DNA of 52,301 nucleotides from a bacterium (GCA_021809895.1 JAJZJU010000003.1:1-52301), one strand, 5' to 3'; positions 21,122 through 30,210 are shown, counted from the first letter of the stretch. The notes: generated from the sequence alone by a model not told the origin. Translations and numbers: made by a program.

Positions 21122-21494
21122 ACGCCATCACTCCTTGGGGATGCAAATGGGCTGAGCCGGGCGCCATACGACCGGTGAACCGGGTGTCATGCGGACGACT
21201 GGTCCAGCGACAGACGCCAAGACGCGTACGTTCGCGGCCCTTTTCCATGATCACGGCGTGTCGAAGACCCGCCCGAAGACATGGAGATGGCACCGGCGCC
21301 GTGCGCGTGAACCCTCCGCGCGAGGGTCGAGTTGGGACGGCCGCGGGCTCCACCAGCCCAACCGGCCGCCACTGAAAGAGCTCATGTAGCCCCTTGCGCA
21401 AAGTCCAAGGGCGACTTCGGCGCTCGAGAGTCGAAGACCCAAGGGCGCTCAGGTCCGATTGAGGGAACAGGATGTGACCCACTCGGTCCGCCCG

Positions 21495-22676
21495 CTACCA
21501 GAACATGGGATCGCCGAAGGAGCTGGTGTGGATGACCACCCGCTCAGCACCGTGAACCCTGGAGTAGGAGTAGACGCAGATATTGAGGGGATAGTTCCCA
21601 GCATTCTTGATGTCAGCGTGGTGGGTCGCGTTGTCGCACGGGTAAAGCAACCCCTGATAGGTGAAGGGGCTGGTCGGGGTCCACCTCACCGCTGACGAAC
21701 CGGGGAAGGGCTCGTTCGCCCCCACGCAGACTGGCATGTGCGGCGTCCCCTTGTTGGTTGGGACCTCGTGCACGACCTTTTTGGGGAAGGTGAGAGTGAC
21801 CGAGCCGTACACGTTCGGCGCCGTCGAGTTTTGGTGATAGCTGATGACCAGCAGCGGGTCGGCCGTGAAGTGGCCGGTCACCGCCGAATCACAACCGAGC
21901 CTGTAGTCGGAACCGAAGGTTGCCTGCAGAAAGAAACCGTCCCCCGTCGACGCGGCGGTGATGCCCGCGGAGGTACCGGTGGAGGTGCTTTGCAGGTTAA
22001 CCGTGCAAGACCCCGTGCATGTGGTCGGGGAAGAACTCGGCGTCAGCGTCACGTCGGCCAGAACCGGTCCACAGTCGGTGGTATTGTTAGAGGCGGCTGT
22101 GAACGTCAGGGTGGTGGCGGCGGTGGCAGTGTGAAAGGCATAGTTCTCAGTCAGCCATCCCATATTTTGGGGGCTATAGTCGGAAGGTTTCGTAAACGTG
22201 TACGAGGACGGGACCGAGGACCAGCCGGTGCCACTGGCTTGGACAGTCATGGTCTGGGTGCCCTGACCAGGACATGTAGGGCTGTTGAAGTTGCCAGAAA
22301 ACTCGAAGGAGACAAGGTAGGTCGTACCTGCGGTCGTACTGAATGTCTGTGCGATCGCCCCTGCGGCACTGGTAGCTCCGCTCGGCTCCCGATTCAGGGT
22401 GCCGTTCATGTCGATGCTGTTGCCACCGCCCGGAGGCGGCTGCCAATAGGGGTGTAACGCACTGCCGTTGATCCAATCCACGCTATTTTGAGTGACGCTC
22501 CAAGGGGCTATGGCGGGGGAACCCTGCACCAGGGGCACCAAGCTGCTGGCGTCGCAACTGGAACATTCGAAAGTGGAGTTGGAAAACTGGTCGAAAGTCT
22601 GGGCCCCCACCACCGGACCCAGGAGGGCCCCCGCTCCGGCCAGCACCGTCGCGCCAAGCACCCACCATTTCTTCAA
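21495..22676 (-). CDS. Secreted choice-of-anchor C / DUF642-like protein with Cys-rich C-terminal domain
   Basis: TTG 22676 after GGAGG; signal peptide KKWWVLGATVLAGAGALLG; WSVTQNSVDW, SIDMNG, GAIAQTFSTTAGTTYLVSFEFSGN, MGW, TTLTF, CGPVLADV. Confidence 0.75.
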   Translation of the reverse strand: MKKWWVLGATVLAGAGALLGPVVGAQTFDQFSNSTFECSSCDASSLVPLVQGSPAIAPWSVTQNSVDWINGSALHPYWQPPPGGGNSIDMNGTLNREPSGATSAAGAIAQTFSTTAGTTYLVSFEFSGNFNSPTCPGQGTQTMTVQASGTGWSSVPSSYTFTKPSDYSPQNMGWLTENYAFHTATAATTLTFTAASNNTTDCGPVLADVTLTPSSSPTTCTGSCTVNLQSTSTGTSAGITAASTGDGFFLQATFGSDYRLGCDSAVTGHFTADPLLVISYHQNSTAPNVYGSVTLTFPKKVVHEVPTNKGTPHMPVCVGANEPFPGSSAVRWTPTSPFTYQGLLYPCDNATHHADIKNAGNYPLNICVYSYSRVHGAERVVIHTSSFGDPMFW

Positions 22677-22716
22677 AGTGGAAACCCTCCGCCCCGGCGC
22701 ACCCGCGCCGACCTTC

Positions 22717-22790
22717 AGGGGTCGGGCCCGCCAGTGGCTCAGTGCGGGCCAGGCGGCCGATTTCACAGCCCGCACCTCATCGCCTCCCCT
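22717..22790 (-). ncRNA. c-di-GMP-II-fold riboswitch, variant binding pocket (GCG type)
   Basis: Minus strand AGGGGAGGCGAUGAGGUGCGGGCUGUGAAAUCGGCCGCCUGGCCCGCACUGAGCCACUGGCGGGCCCGACCCCU: P1 AGGGG/CCCCU, P2 GGC/GCC, kink-turn GAUGA/UGA, P3 GUGCGGGC/GCCCGCAC, pseudoknot CCGCC/GGCGG. Lies between a TATACT -10 (22809-22804) and the RBS of the downstream gene. Confidence 0.85.
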
Positions 22791-23106
22791 CCGCGAGACC
22801 GGAAGTATACCGGATAAACCGGGCCGGTCGAGCGCCTCCCCTGACCGACTTGCGGTCAGCAGATGATGCCAGAAAGCCACAAATCCGGTTCGGGCACACG
22901 CTGAGCCAGCGGTGCTGGCGAGCCTGGGATGGGGGCGTAAGCCGAGGGCCAACGGTCGTCGCCGGGATCCACCACCCGAATCTCCCGGAGATCCAGCCGA
23001 GCCAGCCCGCGGCGTTAAGACGGTTGGGATCCGCCCTGCTCGGCCGGGCGCCGCCCATCGCCAGCAACCGCGCGGCCCCTCCCCGCCGATTTGCCGCCGA
23101 AGGGAC

Positions 23107-24801
23107 TCAGCTCGGTTCTGGCTGCTCCATCGCCGCGGCGTAGGTGGGATGGGAGCGCTGGAGCCGGGTCTTGGTCCCCTCGAACAGCATCCTGGCTGCG
23201 GAGCCAGAGGAGAGGGCGTCCAAGAACTGGTCGCCGCCTATGCGGTACAGGTCACAGGGGGTGACAGCAGTGACGGTGGCGGTTCTGGGGATGTGCTGCA
23301 GCAGACCAATCTCCCCAAAGTAGGCAGGCGCACTCAGGGTCGCGAGCTCTCTTAGCTGTGTGCCCTCGCCCACGGCGTCGACCCGCACGACCCCGCTGCG
23401 CAGCACGTAGAAAGCATCCGCTGGTTCTCCCTCCCTGACCACGACCGTCCCAGAAGCTACATCCTGCACCGTGCAGGCTGCCGCCAATCGCTCCAGGATC
23501 GCACGGGAGCCGGCCGCGAAGATCCCCAGCTGGCCCAGCAAGGCGACCATGGGCGCCAGCTCGCGAGCTCGCTGCTCCGCCCGGTTGTCCATCCGTCGCA
23601 GCCAAGGGTAGGCCATGCCAGCCACCACCGGGACCAGGATCCCGACCACGATCAGGCTCTCGTGCAGGTGAATGCTGGCCACCATGGTGGCTGCCAGCAG
23701 CGATCCCAGAGAGATGGCGGCCAGCACCAGGGCGAAGAAGACCCCGAACACGCGCGCCACCAGGTCTGAGGACACCGAGCGCTGCATGGCGGTGATCGCC
23801 AGCACATCCACCACCAGGGTGCCGCCGCCGCGCACCACCTCGAGCACAAATCCCAACTCTGGAGAGCTGACCCAGATGAGCAGGGCCGAGGGAACGCAGT
23901 AGACCGCCATCCCCAGTGTGATGATCGCCCCCAGGCGCGGCATTCCCGCCAGCCGGTTGACGAACAGGGCCCCGACGACCCCACCGACCCCTAGACCCGC
24001 CAGCAGGTAGCCGTAGCCGGTCGCTCCGGTGTGGAGCTGGAGCTTGCTGACGTAGACGAAGAGCACGGTGTCGGTGCCATAGACAAAGCTGGCGAGCACG
24101 CTAAAGGTGACCAGCACCACGAGAGCCCCGGAGCTAGTGATGGCGCGGAGGCCCACCAGCATCTGCCGGAATGGCCCCGAACGCCCGCCGTCGGTCACGT
24201 CGCTGGGCTGGGAGCGGACTCGGATCAGCCGGACCATGGCGGCGGCGAACACGAAGGTGAGGGCGTTGATCACAAACGGCAGCCAGGAATAGTGGGTGAG
24301 CAGGAGCAAGGCGCCAAAGGCCGGTCCCAAGACCACCACCAAGTTGTCGATCGTGCTGTTGAGAGCGTTGGCGGCCGCCAGGTCGTCCTCACCAGCCAGT
24401 TGCGGGATCATGGCCGCCACCGCGGGGTTATACGGGGTGCTGCTGATAGCGGCCAGGCTGGCCAGCAGCAGCACCACCGCGATGGGCCAGCCGGCAATCA
24501 CCGCCAACGCCAGCAGGATCTGCCACGAGAAAAGCAGGATGTCGGCGGTGATGAGGAGCCGGACCCGTTCGAAGCGCTCCGCCAGCACCCCTCCATAAGG
24601 CGAGAGAAACATGGCTGGAACGAATCTCACCAGGAAGACCGCCGACACCAAAAACGACGAATGAGTACGGTCGAACACGTACACCGCCAGGGCGACGTTG
24701 TAGGCCCAGGTGCCGGCCGCGGAGACCAGCTCTCCGGTCAGCAGCAGGCGCAGGTCGCGGTGGGAAAGAGCCGCTCGGTAGCCTACGAACAGCTTCTCCA
24801 A
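23107..24801 (-). CDS. MFS transporter with C-terminal cyclic-nucleotide-binding domain
   Basis: About 12 TM segments, motif A GVLAERFERVR; C-terminal VVREGEPADAFYVLRSG...FGEIGLL..IPRTATVTA. Confidence 0.9.
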   Translation of the reverse strand: MEKLFVGYRAALSHRDLRLLLTGELVSAAGTWAYNVALAVYVFDRTHSSFLVSAVFLVRFVPAMFLSPYGGVLAERFERVRLLITADILLFSWQILLALAVIAGWPIAVVLLLASLAAISSTPYNPAVAAMIPQLAGEDDLAAANALNSTIDNLVVVLGPAFGALLLLTHYSWLPFVINALTFVFAAAMVRLIRVRSQPSDVTDGGRSGPFRQMLVGLRAITSSGALVVLVTFSVLASFVYGTDTVLFVYVSKLQLHTGATGYGYLLAGLGVGGVVGALFVNRLAGMPRLGAIITLGMAVYCVPSALLIWVSSPELGFVLEVVRGGGTLVVDVLAITAMQRSVSSDLVARVFGVFFALVLAAISLGSLLAATMVASIHLHESLIVVGILVPVVAGMAYPWLRRMDNRAEQRARELAPMVALLGQLGIFAAGSRAILERLAAACTVQDVASGTVVVREGEPADAFYVLRSGVVRVDAVGEGTQLRELATLSAPAYFGEIGLLQHIPRTATVTAVTPCDLYRIGGDQFLDALSSGSAARMLFEGTKTRLQRSHPTYAAAMEQPEPS

Positions 24802-26280
24802 AGCCCACCGCCCTCCTCACCCGCCACCCTCTGCGACCAACACCGTGCAGCCGTCAGCTGAGGCGCCAGCACGGTCTTGCGATGATAGCGACCGCCGCGA
24901 CCCATGTGGAATGCCGGTCGGGCTGCGGCGGTTTTGCTGCTCGAGCCGCGGTCACACCGTCCGCTGCGGGTTCATGGCTTAGATGTCCGACCCCGAGATT
25001 CCAGCCCAGTGGCCCCTTCGGGTGCGCGCAGTGGATAGGTTGGGATGGCCGTGGGATCTCAAAACGCGCGTCATCGTGGTACGATTCCGCGCCTGCGGAT
25101 TGGTACGCTCTACCCTCGCATCATCAAGATCACCTCCCGACTCCACGCAAGGTTGGCCCTGAGTCCAACGCAGCGCGCGGCCCGCTCAGCGGCGGTCCTG
25201 ATCGCGGTCGCAGTCATCGGTGCACTGGCCGGATGCGGACCTGCCGTCACCCACACGGACCGTTCCCGACCAGGCGGGCGGTCGCATTCCCGAGCGCCCA
25301 TCGCCGTCTCCGAGCTGGCCAGAGGCGCGCAGGGCAGCCGCGCATCCATCCCCTGGGGCCAGGTCGGGCCCGGATGGATCCTCGCCGAGTGGACCGCGGC
25401 GCCAGCGGGCCCCGCCGGGGCGGCCCCATCTTCGTCGCCGATCGAACTGTTCCTGGCGGACCCAATGGGGGGGCGCTATTTGGTGGCCACGCTGCCGCCC
25501 AACTCGCCTGGCTTGCGGGCCTGGTCTGGAGACGGGCACCGGGCACTGCTCTACGGGGGCGCCAGCGCCGCCACGGGCAAGACGACTGTGACCGAGCTGA
25601 ACCTCGAGCAGGGATCCTCGAGCCAGGTGGCGCTTCCAACGGGGACCGGAACCTTCACGCGGCCCCACGGCCCGGCGCTTCTGTGGCTCTCTGGGCCGCC
25701 CGGAACCTTCCCGCCTGCGATCCAGCGTTTCGACCCTCAGGGCAAGCTGCAGCTGACATTCCCCAATCGGTTCTCCAACCTGGGCGCGGCCGCGGGCTCA
25801 GCCGCCTACTCCCCCGACGGCACTGAGCTTGCGATCGGCGCTCAGCAGGGCGTTGCGATCGTGTACAACGACGGTCGGGTCCTCAGGCAGGTAGCCGTCC
25901 CACGGGCCGTCGATTGCTCCGCTCTGCGCTGGCAGAGCGGCTCGGTCCTCGCCAGCTGCGATAGCTCTTCCTCCGCACCCCGACTGTGGTGGATCCCAAC
26001 GAGTGGCGCGCCCGCCACTGCTCTCACCGGCCCTCCGGTGGCCCCGGATCTTGGGGATCTGAACGCATGGTCCGTGGGCGCGACGACCTTCGTTCAGGAC
26101 GCGGGGGCCTGCGGCCATCTCTACTTGGCCACCCTCCAGCCAGGAGGCACCACCAAGCCGGTCGTCGTCCCGGGCGTTCCCACGGACAACAGCGTGGTGG
26201 TCCTTGGAGCCGACGGTGACCGGCTAGCTCTGCACACGACGAACGCCAGCGCCGCAGGGGTATCGGCGGTCTGGTTCACC

Positions 26281-27161
26281 GTTCCTGCTGAGTGCCCATA
26301 AGACACCCGGTCGGGACGAGCGGTCTTTCCCGACCTGGACGCTGCCCAAGGTCGCCGTCGCCGTTTCGGGTCTTGCGCCACGTGGGTGGCTGCCCTCACG
26401 CCTTCGGAACTGGGACTGGCCCTCGCACCCGTCACCTGCCACGCCGGCGCTTCCCCCTGAGTAGCTCTCCACATCAGCGGGTTGCCCCGCCGCTTCGATC
26501 CTCTGTTCGGATGTGGTCACACCTGGACTTGCCTGGAGTCTGCGCCGGGCAGAGTGCCCGAGTGCCCTTCTACCGAGCACCACGGCCGCGGCCGTGTGCC
26601 CGGATACCTGGTGATGCTGGGCCAAGAGGGGAGTCAGCCGGTGCTGCCTGCCCCAGATTGAGGTGTAAGCGGCGGGGATGCCGACAACCGCTATGCCCCG
26701 CCGGGATGCCCCAGCCACCAGCCGGTCCCTGAACTTGGCGGTCAGCATCCCCGAGACCATCTTGCGCAACCAGTGCCTCGAGCCGTAGCGCTCCCGCCCG
26801 ACGAAGCGGATCTCCGAGAAGCCCGAGTCCTCGATGGTGATGCACCTGGTGCCGCTCACCTCGGCTGGGTCCAGCAGCTGGGTGATCGCCTGGAGCAGGT
26901 GCCCGACCCCCACAGACAAGATGCGCCCTGGGGGCTTCGGCTCCCGCATGCCCCCATTAGCGGTGGCGCTGGCCGAAGCCTTGACGCCGGGGCGACCCGA
27001 TCCTTCACACCATGAATGTCCCGCCAGCAGTCGTCTCAGTGCGCCCTCAACAGAAGTCGCCCATAGCCTGGCCCACCAGTCCCACTCGCCAACCTCTTCC
27101 CGGTTCACTCAACTGCCCTTATGGGCACCACCGCACACTTCTCCGCCAGCTGCTGCCAACC
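26281..27161 (-). mobile_element. Complete 881-bp non-autonomous IS607/TnpB-derived mini-element, copy 2
   Basis: Element strand GGTTGGCAGC...CAGCAGGAAC followed by target GG; no TSD; subterminal inverted AGTGCCCATAAG motif (26291-26302 vs 27118-27129); carries a TnpB-like fragment and no intact transposase. Confidence 0.85.
26540..26900 (-). pseudogene. tnpB: C-terminal fragment of a TnpB-related (RuvC) protein
   Basis: CITIEDSGF (RuvC-II-like), TAKFRDRLV, GIAVVGIPAAYTSIWG, GHTAAAVVLGRRALG, as in actinobacterial-type TnpB-related proteins; N-terminal domains and RuvC-I are missing. Confidence 0.75.
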
Positions 27162-27469
27162 CCCGCCACCAACGCAACTGACGTCGTGCTTGGCCCCGGC
27201 CTCAACGGAGGGAGTGTCCTGAGCGCGATCCTCTTCGGCGAGTAGACGCCCTGGCACTCCCGTCTTGGCCGCTGCCTTCGCGGCTGCTCCTCGGCGGCGG
27301 AGGCGTCGTCACCGAAGGCGCCCTGAGCGGCAATGGGCGCGGGACGGAGCCTTACCCGAGTGGGCGGGCGGGCGGAACATCTGTGCCCGAGTCACCTCCT
27401 CCCAAAGACCCGGACGTGCCCTTCCACATTGGCGACTCGGTGAAGGTGCAGACGGTGCCACTGGTACCG

Positions 27470-27660
27470 GCGGGCAAGAACAAGGCATTCCCGCTAGTAT
27501 GACCTGGAGCAAGGTTTCCTGGTGCCCCCGAGCCTGGATGACGGGCTACCACGCAACCGCGCGGCGCGGTTCATCTTGGACGCCGTCTACGATTTGCTGT
27601 GCCTGAACGGTCTGTACGCGAGCTACAAGGAAGACCCGGGGCATTGGATCGGCCAGTCGC
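27470..27660 (+). pseudogene. IS1182-family transposase N-terminal remnant
   Basis: Stop-interrupted YDLEQGFLVPPSLDDGLPRNRAARFILDAVYDLLCLNGLYASYKED resembles the IS1182 start (LLPPSLDDWLP..H.ARF). Confidence 0.6.
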
Positions 27661-28170
27661 CAGGCCATCCCTCCTCCGCCGGCGCCGCGCCACAGCTCCC
27701 GCCCCACCTGCCGGACATGGCCCACGGTGAAGCTCCGTAGGAAGGTTCCCCGTGGCGGAGAGAGCCAGTACCGCATAACCCAGCACCTGCCGGGTAGCCG
27801 CAGCCCAGAGCACGCTGCTGTCGTCGATACGATCCCCACAGGCCAGCACCGAATTGACTGGATACGCTGCCTTGCGGCCGACATTGAGCCGACCCGGCGC
27901 TTCACCCAGCTCAACGCTCTCCTCGAACACCTCCCTCGGCACCAGGTGCTGGGCCAGAGTGGCAGGTCTGAGGAGTCCGGCATTGGCCACCAGACGGGGA
28001 TCCTCGAAGGTTGCGCCCAGACGATCCACAGCGTGGGGTGATGCCTGCACCGAAAAGGTGCTCGTTGGCAGGGCCGATTGGCGGCCTGGTAGCACCGACT
28101 ATCCCGGCATTGAGTGCGTTGTCTTCGTGTACACCCGTCTCAAAGCCATGTCCTAGTCGTTAGATCCAGG
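27660..28170 (-). mobile_element. IS1380-family remnant (left end plus frameshifted 5' transposase)
   Basis: End CCTGGATCTAAC at 28170; ATFEDPRLVANAGLLRPATLAQHL...ACGDRIDD, then GTFLRSFTVGHVRQV in another frame. Confidence 0.7.
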
Positions 28171-28532
28171 CTGAGGTGACCGAGCATCGCCCTGCTCCGC
28201 CGTTGCCAACAGCGGCGTTTCGAAGAGGACTTCAAGACCACGACGGCGCGTGGCAGAGAACGGGCCTTCGCTGCTGTCGGCTGCTCTTGCATCAAGCCCC
28301 GGGCCCGAGGACGGGACTTGAGGAGTCCCCCGTGGGCCGGAGCCACCACGGAGAGCTCCACCCTGCTGTAGCTCGGCTTGAGCGCCAAGCCTCATCAAGC
28401 AGCGTGCCTGGCGAGCAGAGACGCCAACGAGCACCCATTTAGGGTCGGCGGCCCCGAACATTACCGCGCGCCATCGACGAGCATTGGCTCTGTCGCGAGC
28501 GGTCGCCGTTCGCGCTTACCGCCCAGCTCCGT

Positions 28533-29366
28533 TCATCGGCCGCTCCTGCTGTGACTGCTGCCGGCCCTCCCACCACCGGACCCAGCAACCAGGGTGCTGT
28601 GCGTCCCGCCATGGCCCAGGCTTGGCGAACTCCCGGAACTGACAGCGCCTCGACCCGAACCTGGAGTACTGCCGGATACGGCATGGCTGCGACCCAGACC
28701 CGCAGAACTGCCAGCCTTGGCACGGCCGCGACTCGCTCCTGGAGTACTGCTGGATACGGCATGGCTGCGACCCAGACCCGGGGAACTGCCAGCCTTGCCA
28801 CGACCGCGGCTCGCTTCTGGAGTACTGCCGGCTACGCCACGGCCACGACCCAGACCCGGGGAACTGCTGGACCCGCCGTGGCTGCGACCAGGACCCGGAG
28901 TGCTGCTCGGCCCGCCGTGGCTGCGGCTCAGGCCAGGGGAACCGGCCGCCATGGGGACGCGGACGTAGGTTCCCAGCCGTCCATGGGCCGTCGTGTCCCG
29001 ACCTCCACCGGGGGTCGCGCCGGTCATGTTGGTCGCCACGCGCGAGACACTGGGCTGTCTTGGGCCACCAGCTGTCCCGCAGGAACGATGGGCGTTGCAG
29101 GAGCTGGCTGCGTGTCCAAAAAACCCTGGCAGAGAAGGGTCTACGGCATGCACCGCGGCGGCGGCGGTGGCAGTGGCCAGGCCCGCCGCGCAAAGCACCC
29201 CTAAGAACCCCGCTCTGACGGCTGGCCGGTTCGCGCGAAACCAGCTGCTGGTACGCGGTCGGCGGAGCGCCTGCTGACGATACCGCGGCGGTGGGACAGC
29301 CGTGTCTGGGGGGGGGAGTACCGCTGGGAGCTCTCGCCGCAACCATGTGTCGAAATCGTCAGGCAT
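28533..29366 (-). CDS. Putative anti-sigma factor: short cytoplasmic N-terminus, one TM, Gly/Ser/Arg-rich repeat tail
   Basis: ATG 29366 overlaps the sigma stop; MPDDFDTWLRREL, TM AGFLGVLCAAGLATATAAAAV, repeats such as SPGLGRSHAV/STPGASRGR. Confidence 0.6.
   Translation of the reverse strand: MPDDFDTWLRRELPAVLPPPDTAVPPPRYRQQALRRPRTSSWFRANRPAVRAGFLGVLCAAGLATATAAAAVHAVDPSLPGFFGHAASSCNAHRSCGTAGGPRQPSVSRVATNMTGATPGGGRDTTAHGRLGTYVRVPMAAGSPGLSRSHGGPSSTPGPGRSHGGSSSSPGLGRGRGVAGSTPEASRGRGKAGSSPGLGRSHAVSSSTPGASRGRAKAGSSAGLGRSHAVSGSTPGSGRGAVSSGSSPSLGHGGTHSTLVAGSGGGRAGSSHSRSGR
28663..28945. repeat. 78-bp tandem repeat (two ~39-bp subunits) inside the anti-sigma-like CDS
   Basis: GGAGTACTGC recurs at 28663, 28741 and 28819; degenerate 36-39-bp units continue to about 28945. 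Confidence 0.9.
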
Positions 29367-29967
29367 GAAGTCTCCCCTTGGTGGCGGAGCCAACCTTCAG
29401 GGTTTTCGCATTTGCGGCAGGCTGCTCCTCCGATCGGCTCTGGATCGAAGCCCCTGAAGATGCTCCCCCCAGACGGGCGGCCAAGTTCCGCTTGGCAGAG
29501 GCGAGTCGCGAGGCCACAGTGCGCTCCGGGATTCCGATGGCCACCGCGATCTCGCGGTTGGTATACCCATGCAAGTGGCGGAGCACAATCACGGCCGCCT
29601 GCCGGGGCGGCAGGGAACGCAGGGCTCCAAGCAGGTCCATATCCTCGACCCTGGCAGCGGCGTCCTCGATCGCCTCGCGTTGTCCGAAACGTCGGATGGT
29701 CTCCTTGACCTGTCGAAGCTCAGAGCGCCGACGCTCGGTCACGGCGACGTTCACCGCGATTCGCTGCAGCCACACCGGTGCGGGGGCCTCCGGCCGGAAT
29801 CTGGGCCAGGCCGCGTAGGCCCGCTCAAAGGTCTCTTGGGCGCAGTCCTCTGCGGCCACGCCGGTGCCCACGATGGCAGCTACAGTCTGCAGAACCTTGG
29901 AATAGTTGTCCCGGTAAAGCCGATCGAAATCGGAGTCGGACCCGGGCCTGTAGGTGGAGAACATCAC
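29359..29967 (-). CDS. ECF RNA polymerase sigma factor
   Basis: FDRLY, AEDCAQETFERAY..W, WLQRIAVN, LRSLPPRQAAVIVLRH..GYTNREIA..IGIPERTVASRL. Confidence 0.92.
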   Translation of the reverse strand: MMFSTYRPGSDSDFDRLYRDNYSKVLQTVAAIVGTGVAAEDCAQETFERAYAAWPRFRPEAPAPVWLQRIAVNVAVTERRRSELRQVKETIRRFGQREAIEDAAARVEDMDLLGALRSLPPRQAAVIVLRHLHGYTNREIAVAIGIPERTVASRLASAKRNLAARLGGASSGASIQSRSEEQPAANAKTLKVGSATKGRLHA

Positions 29968-30182
29968 TCCGGGTCATTCTGCACCATCACCCACCTGCGC
30001 GCCCCCCTCAAGGTGGTGTACGCCTGTCCCAATTTCGTCATTCTGGGACCCTCCGTGCATCAATTCCAGCCTTCGCACCGCCATGCCCGGACCCGCCGAG
30101 CGGGCCCCGCGCCCAGGTTGGTCATCTATCAAGGAGATGGCAGTTTGCGCTGGCCGCGAACCGAAGACCCCTGCATGACTTT

Positions 30183-30210
30183 TTCGAGGCTGGTGCGCCC
30201 CAGCCTCGAA
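30183..30210. repeat. Perfect 11-bp inverted repeat (hairpin) downstream of the tad genes
   Basis: TTCGAGGCTGG-6-CCAGCCTCGAA; no 3' U-tract on either strand. Confidence 0.6.

Larger units (their letters stand above)
25045..27245 (+). pseudogene. Secreted lipoprotein (propeller-like) split by the mini-element
   Basis: Lipobox IGALAGC; AYSPDGTELA repeat-like motif. Removing 26281-27161 joins ...VWFT (26278-26280) in frame to PATNATDVVLGPGLNGGSVLSAILFGE-stop (27162-27245). The true start may be TTG 25153. Confidence 0.8.

Noticed and set aside
21189-21389. Possible IS1595-like remnant (FHDHGVSK)
   Set aside because: The resemblance is limited to a few residues; no TIR or further motif supports it.
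26224-27108. 294-aa ORF as a functional TnpB/Cas12-like nuclease
   Set aside because: Only about 120 aa resemble the TnpB C-terminus; RuvC-I and the N-terminal lobes are absent, and the frame reads out through the element end into antisense host sequence.
26281-27161. Insertion as a self-splicing intron or IStron (starts GT, ends near AC on the host strand)
   Set aside because: No GUGYG start, domain V or group I core is recognisable; splicing at AAC would shift the frame; the TnpB fragment is antisense to the host gene.
28176-28442. Short ORFs between the IS1380 end and the anti-sigma gene
   Set aside because: No recognisable motif, RBS or family in any frame.
28663-28945. Regular repeat that could be taken for a CRISPR array
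   Set aside because: Units repeat along their whole length with no unique spacers, the period is a multiple of 3 inside an ORF, and no cas genes are present.
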